Shown here one piece after another: positions 56,601 to 64,000 of a stretch of 64,000 nt of DNA (positions are counted from its first letter, which is position 1; each line of letters starts with the position of its first letter). Made by a program: the position numbers and the translations under genes. Under the pieces are notes generated by a model. That model did no database searches and was not told the DNA's origin. It worked only from the letters and a program-made list of their open reading frames with translations. The stretch covers positions 32,001 to 96,000 of the forward strand of contig CAVQNT010000004.1 in NCBI GenBank assembly GCA_963714275.1, written 5' to 3'. The stretch comes from Candidatus Bathyarchaeota archaeon (GTDB lineage Archaea > Thermoproteota > Bathyarchaeia > Bathyarchaeales > DTEX01).

Positions 56601-57642
56601 CTACTCCTTTGATGCTGTCGAACCTGAATGCTTAATGGTGTGTTCGGGTGGAACTATTGTTACCTTGGTGCCGGAAGGAATGGAGGATGTTATCCACACG
56701 TTCCCCCCGATAACAGCATCATCTCCAATGATTGCTTCAGCCCCAAGAAGGGTTGCGCCTGAATAGATTATAACATTATTTCCGATTGTTGGGTGTCTTT
56801 TTCTGCCTTTAATGATCTCTCCCTTCTCATCTTTTGGAAAGCTTAAGGCACCTAGGGTTACTCCTTGGTAGATTTTGACATCGTCTCCAATCTCTGCGGT
56901 TTCTCCTATGACCACTCCTGTTCCATGGTCGATGAAGAAGTTCTTGCCAATTCTTGCCCCCGGATGGATGTCTATGCCTGTTTTAGAGTGGGCATATTCG
57001 CTCATTATTCTAGGCACTAAAGGGACACCTCTAACATAGAGTCTCATGTGCTATCCTATATGTAGCAATTGCATGGACGCATGGATAACTTAGTATGACC
57101 TCGTCTATGCTTTTTGCAGCAGGATCTCCGTCATATGCCGCTTGGATATCTCCTCTAAGAGAGATTCTGATTTCAGGAATCTTCTCTAGAAGTTCTTTTA
57201 CAACCACCTGGGCTCTTCTTTGGCAGACATCTTCAGGACATTCCTTGACCTTTCTGCAGGCATATTTTAGGCTTTTCTCAACCTCTACCACGAGACGTGA
57301 ATAGGTGGAATGTAAGATGTTGCCTAAGAAGTATTTGATATTTGATCTGGTAACTTCCGCTCTTCCTAAATAACCTGGGAAAATGATGGTTAGGAAATCT
57401 TCTAAGATCTCTATGACAATTTCTTTTGAGGGTAGATCTTTTCCTCCTAGGTGGTTTATGCCTCCATACTTTTTGTAGTTTTCCATGATTTCATCGGTAA
57501 GTTTTGGTAAGCCTTCCTCGACCCAGTTATCTTCAACAGTCTCTTGCCCCTTCATTATCGTCTCCAGCATCTGCTCTGGGCTCCAAACATAAAGTGCTTC
57601 CTGATCTTGTTCTTTAAAGTTTTTTGATTGATTCAACTTCAT
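56601..57642 (-). CDS. cysE: Serine O-acetyltransferase, long EpsC type (frameshift near 57040)
   Basis: [45 protein letters not shown]. Confidence 0.93.
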
Positions 57643-57661
57643 CTCTCTTCCTCAAGATAGC

Positions 57662-58624
57662 CTAGATGGAAGGATTAGAAACACCCTGAGTTTCCTGAAA
57701 TAGTGAAGTACTGAGATACCTTTCTCCCGTATCTGGAAGGACAACCACTAAGAGTTTGCCTTCACTTTCCCGTCGTTTAGCCACCTCTAAGGCAGCAAAA
57801 ACTGCTGCCCCTGCGGAAATTCCCACGAGTAAGCCTTCCTTCTTAACGAGTAGCCGAGAAGTTTGCATGGCATCTTCATCTTTTACCTTGATAATTTCAT
57901 CAACTAAATCAAGCCTCAGAACATCTGGTATGAAACCCGCACCTATGCCTTGGATTTTGTGCGGACTAGGTTTTCCGCCGCTTAAAACAGGAGAGTTGGC
58001 AGGTTCCACAGCTATGGCCTTAAACTTAGGTTTCAAAGGTTTAATGTATTGAGCTACGCCTGTGATAGTACCACCGGTTCCAACTCCTGCAACTAAGATG
58101 TCGACCTTTCCATCGGTATCGTTCCAAATTTCTGGTCCTGTTGTCTCCCTGTGAATTCTGGGGTTAGCCGGGTTTTTGAACTGTTGAGGAATGAACGAAT
58201 TGGAAATAGTTGCTGCTAACTCTTCTGCTTTCTTCACAGCGCCTTTCATCCCTTCCGCTCCAGGCGTGAGGACAAGCTCCGCGCCAAAGGCCTTCAAAAT
58301 GTTACGGCGTTCAATACTCATGGTGTCTGGCATGGTCAAGATTAGGCGATAACCCTTTACAGCTGCGACCATAGCAAGGCCGATTCCGGTGTTTCCACTG
58401 GTAGGTTCAATTATCGTTGTTTCCTTGTTGATCACCCCTGTGTTTTCTGCTTCAGATATCATGCTGAGGCATATTCTATCCTTTACGCTGCCCCCCGGAT
58501 TGCGGGATTCAAGCTTTGCTAACACAGTGCAGTCTAAGTCAGCTGTTACTCGGTTTAGTCGAACTAGGGGAGTGTTCCCTATTGTTTTCAAGACGGAGTC
58601 ATAGACATTCATTGAATCTATCAC
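57662..58624 (-). CDS. cysK: Cysteine synthase A
   Basis: [39 protein letters not shown]. Confidence 0.97.
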   Translation of the reverse strand: MIDSMNVYDSVLKTIGNTPLVRLNRVTADLDCTVLAKLESRNPGGSVKDRICLSMISEAENTGVINKETTIIEPTSGNTGIGLAMVAAVKGYRLILTMPDTMSIERRNILKAFGAELVLTPGAEGMKGAVKKAEELAATISNSFIPQQFKNPANPRIHRETTGPEIWNDTDGKVDILVAGVGTGGTITGVAQYIKPLKPKFKAIAVEPANSPVLSGGKPSPHKIQGIGAGFIPDVLRLDLVDEIIKVKDEDAMQTSRLLVKKEGLLVGISAGAAVFAALEVAKRRESEGKLLVVVLPDTGERYLSTSLFQETQGVSNPSI

Positions 58625-58696
58625 CGTCAGTATAGTACAATAACGGCGTTATAAAGCTAACTAGCTGAGCTAGAGTTATTATGGGGGATTAGTTTA

Positions 58697-58942
58697 TTAT
58701 GAAACTAGTATGCCAATGAGTTTAACGAAGTTGAGGTTTTCTTCTCCATGCGGCGCATTGGCTATTTCTTCGGTCAAATCTCTTCCTGCCCAGTGTTCCC
58801 CTTGATGTTCACCATCTAACCACATGTAGTTATCCGTAACATCGTAAACTTTGCCTTTGTAAGCGATGTAGGCTGGTCTTCCATCTTTTCCGTCATATTG
58901 TTTCAGTTCTGCCAGTGTAAATTTCCTTTCAACACTTCCCAT
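58697..58942 (-). CDS. Cytochrome b5-like heme/steroid-binding domain protein
   Basis: ELKQYDG, YIAYKGKVYDVT, GEH...HWAGRDLT, APH. Confidence 0.88.
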   Translation of the reverse strand: MGSVERKFTLAELKQYDGKDGRPAYIAYKGKVYDVTDNYMWLDGEHQGEHWAGRDLTEEIANAPHGEENLNFVKLIGILVS

Positions 58943-59147
58943 AATAACACCACGAATCAAGATGGAAGAAAACGAATTATTTGAAATTTTCGTAAAATGG
59001 ATAACAGATTAGCATTCGCCTTTTTCCGGATTTAGTTTTGTTTCTATATGCTCTATCTTCTAAAACAACTAAGTTTTTAGCCACGATTGCATATTATTAG
59101 ATAATTAAGAGAGACGGAATAAATATCCCTTAGCAAAGGAGGACGGG

Positions 59148-60349
59148 GTGAATAAAATGCCAAAAGTTGAATTGGTGGAGAATATTTATTGGGTAGGTGC
59201 CGTTGACTGGAACGTTAGGAATTTTCATGGATTCACATACTCTACACATCGTGGAACAACCTACAATGCCTATCTTATTCTTGACGAAAAAATCACTCTT
59301 ATAGACTCAGTCTATAAGCCATTTGCTGGCGAAATGATAGATAGGATTAAGGAAATTGTGGATCCTGGAAAGATTGATTATGTCATAGCTAACCATGTAG
59401 AAACAGATCATTCTGGAGCCATAAGTGACATCTTGAAGCTTGCGCCAAAGGCGAACGTTCTTGGCACGGCTAAATGTAAAATCGGGTTGCAGAAGCACTA
59501 TTTTGGAGATTGGAACTTTCAAGTCGTGAAGACTGGCGATGAGATTAGCCTCGGCGACAGAACACTAAGATTTATTGAGGCTCCTATGCTGCACTGGCCA
59601 GATAGCATGTTCACGTATGTTGAGAAGGATGCTTTGCTTATGCCTAATGACGCATTCGGGCAACATCTCGCGACATCTTACCGGTTCGATGACATGGTGG
59701 ATGCGCACATAATCATGGAGGAAGCAGGTAAATACTATGCAAACATTTTGTGGCCACTCAGTACGTTAGTTGCGAGAAAGATTGAAGAGCTCGTTAAGCA
59801 GAATCTCAGTATAAAGATGATTGCACCAAGTCACGGGATTATTTGGCGTAAAGATCCTATGAAGATAGTTCAAGCATATCTTCGCTGGGCAAAGGGAGAA
59901 TCAGAAAAGAGAGTCCTCATTGTCTACGACACAATGTGGGGAAGCACAGAAAAAATGGCCCATGCCATATTAGAAGGCGTAAGAAGCGAGGGGATTGATA
60001 TTAAGCTTTTCAGGCTACCTTACTCTGACAGGAGCGATATAATCGCGGAACTGCTCGAAACTAAAGGACTACTGTTAGGTTCATCAACCATAAACAATGG
60101 TATGCTTCCAACAATTGGACCTTTCTTAACTGATCTAAAGGGTCTTAGACCCAAGAATAAAGTAGTGCAACCTTCGGTTCCTACGGATGGGGAGGAGGAT
60201 CCATAAGAGACATGGGAGCCATACTCAAAGACGCAGGCATCTCAATCATTATGCCTGGGCTAGCTGTCAACTGGGCACCAACAAAAGAAGAAACCCAAAA
60301 GTGCTTTGAATTTGGGAGTGAATTTGCAAAGAAGCTTCTAGTAAGCTGA
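59148..60349 (+). CDS. fprA: Flavodiiron protein FprA (frameshift near 60168)
   Basis: GTTYNAY, NHVETDHSG, LHWPDSM, NDAFGQH, APSHG, YDTMWGSTE flavodoxin domain. Confidence 0.95.
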
Positions 60350-60421
60350 GTCTAAACATATCTGTTTTCAATCGAATCATTTGCTGTAGAACGTTCTTAA
60401 GTGGCGGAAAACCACCTTTAT

Positions 60422-60627
60422 GTGGTAGCAAGGGAAAAGATAACTGAAGTCACGGAAGTAGAGTCGGCGGTTAATTTTTTCGGGAACAGTTGGCTTAGGC
60501 TAACTGCAACTGAAATGCTGGCGTCGTGCTGACTGAAACTGAGATTGAGCGTGTCACATTCTCAGCACCGGACCAAAGTTTATCTTACGGCGTCGAAGCA
60601 CGCAAAACCGTATTACCTTGCTGCCAC
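60422..60627 (+). ncRNA. Candidate highly structured non-coding RNA (unassigned family)
   Basis: 12-bp closing stem plus at least six nested stems with G-U pairs; TATA-like TTCTTAAG about 25 nt upstream; T-rich tract downstream. Confidence 0.65.
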
Positions 60628-60630
60628 TTC

Positions 60631-60945
60631 TTACTTTTTCATAGTTTCGAAGTAGGCTTTGCTGACGAAGAGTCCGCATTCGCAGGTTCCCTGACGAGTG
60701 ATCTCTTCCTTATGCGTTCGGCATGGACAGATGTTTCTCGAGTCCTCCTTGGGGATTCCCTTCACCTTTCGGCATGGACAATATGCGTACCCATATTTCA
60801 CTCTGTTTCTAACGAGCCCTGAGATAATGTTCTTGACTACTACATCGTCAGGATTTAGAAAGAACGAGCTTCGTTCAGCATAATTTGTTACCATTTTCTC
60901 AACGGAAGCTCGAAACCGTTTACCATCATCGCTTTTAGTTTCCAT
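60631..60945 (-). CDS. Ferredoxin:thioredoxin reductase catalytic subunit-like
   Basis: YGYAYCPCR, ICPC, TCECGLF. Confidence 0.9.
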   Translation of the reverse strand: METKSDDGKRFRASVEKMVTNYAERSSFFLNPDDVVVKNIISGLVRNRVKYGYAYCPCRKVKGIPKEDSRNICPCRTHKEEITRQGTCECGLFVSKAYFETMKK

Positions 60946-60974
60946 TAACGGTCACTTCTTGCACCTCATGAAGC

Positions 60975-61063
60975 CTAATTAACCCTACGCTTAGGGCTAC
61001 GTCAGAAGAAGTGATTAAAAGGTGATCTAAGAAGAGATTGACTACTTTTAAAAGGTTAATTAG
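60975..61063. promoter_or_regulatory. Divergent promoter region with inverted GGTTAATTAG elements
   Basis: CTAATTAACC (60975-84) and GGTTAATTAG (61054-63), each about 30-35 nt before a start codon. Confidence 0.45.
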
Positions 61064-61097
61064 CAGTTTCTCGTTTTTCTATAGCGGAGGATAAATT

Positions 61098-61631
61098 ATG
61101 GCAAATCTGAAGATTGGAGACCCTGCGCCTGACTTCCAGTTACCTGGCGTCGACGGCAACACGTACAGCATGAAAGATTTCAAGGAAAAGAAGATTGTCA
61201 TAGTCATGTTCAGCTGTAACCATTGTCCCACTGTTAGGGCTTACGAGGACAGGTTCGTTGAGCTTCAGAGAGACTACAAGGACAAAGAGGTTGTGCTTGT
61301 TGCTATTAACCCCAACGACGACAAGGAATATCCTGAAGACAGCTTCAAGAACATGAAAGTTCGATCTAAAGAGAAAGGCTTTAACTTTCCCTATCTGAGG
61401 GACGAACCCCAAAGCGTAGCCAGATTGTACGGAGCTGAAAGAACACCTGAAGTCTTTGTCTTTGACAAGAAACGGGTTCTTCGTTATCACGGCAGAATCG
61501 ACGACAACGTTTACGAACCAGACAAGATACAACAATATTACTTGAGAGACGCCATAGACGCTATATTGAAAGGACAGAAAGTCTCGGTACAAGATACGGA
61601 ACCCGTTGGCTGCACCGTAAAATGGAAGTAA
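61098..61631 (+). CDS. AhpC/TSA-like thioredoxin-fold protein
   Basis: GDPAPDF, CNHCP, FPYL, TPEVF, GRIDD, GCTVKW. Confidence 0.92.
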   Translation: MANLKIGDPAPDFQLPGVDGNTYSMKDFKEKKIVIVMFSCNHCPTVRAYEDRFVELQRDYKDKEVVLVAINPNDDKEYPEDSFKNMKVRSKEKGFNFPYLRDEPQSVARLYGAERTPEVFVFDKKRVLRYHGRIDDNVYEPDKIQQYYLRDAIDAILKGQKVSVQDTEPVGCTVKWK

Positions 61632-61966
61632 ACTACCTCTCCTTTTTTCTTAATTAAGAGCTCAGAAACCTAAAGAATGAAACATCACCTACCTCAGATG
61701 ATAGTCATCTTGGCTAGATAGACTAGAGGAAACCACACATTATAGATGATGTTATTGCTGATAATGTCTATAGCTGACTAATCTAGCAAGAATACTAAGA
61801 CTCAATCGTTAATAAAATGGGTTATTATCTCAGTATTTTTTTAATTCATATCAGGTGAGTCTGATATTCGTGTTATCGGAAAAACTGTCACAGCTAGCAC
61901 AGCAACCAGTTAAAAATGAATGACTGACTTCTTTATATCAATAGATAGTAAATACCTTTAGATCTG

Positions 61967-62545
61967 GTGGTTGAGTTGAAGAAAATCGTGAAGAACTATC
62001 GTGTTGTCTTTCCTACCCCTGCTGCTCTTGTAACCTCTGCTGATGAACAGGGAAAGCCTAACGTCGCTACAGCCGGAGAGGTATACATGTTATCTCTTAA
62101 TCCATTAATCGTTGCTGTCGGATTTAGGCCTGCAACATACACGAATAGACTTATCCATGCCACAAGGGAGTTCGTGGTCAATTTTCCTAAAAGTGAAATC
62201 TTGGAGCAAGTTGATTTTTGTGGATGTGTGTCAGGGAAATCGGTTGACAAGTTCACTGAGACGGGTTTAACCCCACTTCCCGCCAAGTATGTGAAGCCCC
62301 CACTTGTTAAGGAGTGCCCAGTAAACATTGAATGTAAAGTCCTAGATGTAATACATTATCCCTATATGGACCGAGATGTCTTCGCTGGAGAAACTTTGGC
62401 AGTCCATCTAGACGAAGAGATCATGGGCGAGGATGGTTTTGCCGATTTGACAAAATTTAAGGCGATAGCTTTTGCATCCAACAGTTACTTCCAACTTACA
62501 GGAGTACTCGAGCAATCCCACTTCAGTGTTAGAAAAAATGAATGA
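61967..62545 (+). CDS. Flavin reductase-like (flavoredoxin/DIM6-NTAB) protein
   Basis: PTPAALVT, EFVVNFP, CGCVSG..VDKF, ECPVNIECK. Confidence 0.9.
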   Translation: MVELKKIVKNYRVVFPTPAALVTSADEQGKPNVATAGEVYMLSLNPLIVAVGFRPATYTNRLIHATREFVVNFPKSEILEQVDFCGCVSGKSVDKFTETGLTPLPAKYVKPPLVKECPVNIECKVLDVIHYPYMDRDVFAGETLAVHLDEEIMGEDGFADLTKFKAIAFASNSYFQLTGVLEQSHFSVRKNE

Positions 62546-62632
62546 TAGTTTAAGATAAAGCACTAATGAGAATCAATATGCTATCACAGTGTGATGAATC
62601 AACGAACGAAGGACAAGCTAGCTCACTGGTGT

Positions 62633-63200
62633 TCAACCACCTAGAACCGTCGAGATCGCGTAACCTAATCCTATCCTGAACCTAATGGAGAGAGGAGAAA
62701 TCCTGCCTGCGTAACCTGCTTTGCCAGCCTTGAGAGCCGCAAGAACCTTATCAACGTCTGGATCGTCCAAATCAACCGTTGTGTACGCGTCACCAACAGA
62801 GGCTGTAGGGTGGGCTTTCCACCTTGTCTTGAGATGGCGTTCGAGTATGGCAGACTCGTAATAACAGCGTCAACCTTACACGGTTCACTATGCTGAGTAT
62901 AGGTTGATTATCGTACCAAAAGACTCTATCATGTAGTATGTGAAGCCCTCCGAGAACCAAAGCGCAAATGTTTGCCCTCTGCTTGGAGATCGAAACACCA
63001 TCGGATAGAATCTCCGCTTCAACTCCCTTTATGACCCCTGCATCATTCAAGGTGTTCAAATAAGTCTTAAGTTGACTTTTGGGCATTCTCTTTGGCAATT
63101 CGTGGAATTCATTGAAATGATCTGTAATTGCAAATATGTTCAGCCTTTTTGTTTGTGCTGTTTTAACAACATCCTTCACACTGCAAACTCCATCTGAGAA
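62633..63200 (-). pseudogene. PHP-domain remnant(s)
   Basis: FSDG...AITDH...KGVEAEI...GGLH lacking the N-terminal HxH; a second frame gives AH...VGDAYT...VLAALKAG (PHP-associated C-terminus); the middle appears deleted. Confidence 0.6.
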
Positions 63201-63422
63201 ACTTCGAAAATACGCTGGCAACCTCCCAGAATTTTTCACATGTTGTTGCTCTTAAAAAAGTTAGAAAACGAGCCTCTCTCAATAATATAGTTTTTTAATA
63301 AATTCGACCCTGCAAAAAACAGGGCTTCCCCCCAATATATCGTTGAGGTTTTGCCAAATCTTTCGCGTATACTGGATTATGAGGAGTCTACTAAAAACGT
63401 CTCTCAATAATACCGTACACAA

Positions 63423-63860
63423 TTATTTTGGTTTTTCTACTAACTGCCCATCCATCTCATAGTTAGTTGGTGGCATTTCTCTGGATGCTGGTTTAGGACG
63501 TGACCACTTATAAGTGATTGCTGAAGGTAAGTATCTTCTCTCATAACGGCAGTTTGGGTTTACACATCTGGCAAGAATTTCCCAAGAATGCTCGTTTTCT
63601 TTTTCCACTCTATGAGTGTAAGAGTATACTCTACGTCCACAGATGCATCGTGGGGGAAATGGAATGATTTGCTTCGCTAAGCCACAAAGCTTATCGAACT
63701 TTGATAGGAGGTCTCCTTTTTCCTGTTGTTCTAGTTGGATTTTCAGCATACGTTCAATGTCAGACCAATGAGCCTTGGGATTTTGCATTTTTAGTTCAGT
63801 AATGAGTCTATGTATTTCAACGATTTCTTCGTTTAGGACCCATTCTCTCGGGCGTTCCAA
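63423..63860 (-). CDS. Hypothetical protein with possible zinc ribbon
   Basis: 145-aa ORF with RCICG...RCVNPNC. Confidence 0.55.
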   Translation of the reverse strand: MERPREWVLNEEIVEIHRLITELKMQNPKAHWSDIERMLKIQLEQQEKGDLLSKFDKLCGLAKQIIPFPPRCICGRRVYSYTHRVEKENEHSWEILARCVNPNCRYERRYLPSAITYKWSRPKPASREMPPTNYEMDGQLVEKPK

Positions 63861-64000
63861 CTTTCCTTAATTGCTTCATCGAATAAAGATTGTACTAACT
63901 CAGATTTAAGGCTCCAATCCAAAATTACATTTAGATAAGAGATAAACTATTGAAACCTTGATTAACGAAGAGGCTTTGTTATTCGCCAAATTTCTGAGAC

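Noticed and set aside
60422-60627. RNase P, SRP RNA, lysine riboswitch or hairpin ribozyme identity
   Set aside because: Only partial resemblances (CAAAACCGTATTA before the closing stem, AGTAGAG, GTATTACC); the diagnostic GAGGAAA.UCC, SRP helix-8 and loop-A motifs are absent.

Overview
Archaeal chromosomal window, inferred TACK/Bathyarchaeia-like from the ClsN-type SMC, C34/TFE-beta-like protein, NreA, KEOPS genes and archaeal ribosomal proteins. Many essential genes (rpl3, rps15, argS, pheS, fen1, lig, kae1) are broken by single-base indels, so most frameshifts are probably long-read errors. Contents in order: an SMC-kleisin-KITE operon; argS and a uL3-uL4-uL23-uL2-uS19 block; a GH3/GH94/SemiSWEET/GH5 sugar region; a minimal MacB-type ABC pair beside an unannotated small peptide; housekeeping and repair genes (nreA, hsp20, thyA, ogg, cysS, pheST, fen1, lig, rlmE, KEOPS, rps15); an AT-richer DEAD-box/SSB/aIF-1A island; a long cysteine/sulfur-relay/Fe-S operon; and thiol-redox genes. 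Items the ORF track misses: two ~210-220 nt highly structured intergenic RNA candidates (31245-31467, 60422-60627), a two-repeat Cys/Trp micro-protein (38884-39108), a TRASH micro-protein, and several gene remnants including a JAMM::FdhD deletion scar. I recognised no tRNA, rRNA, CRISPR array or transposase. All family assignments come from motif recognition by eye; no searches were run.
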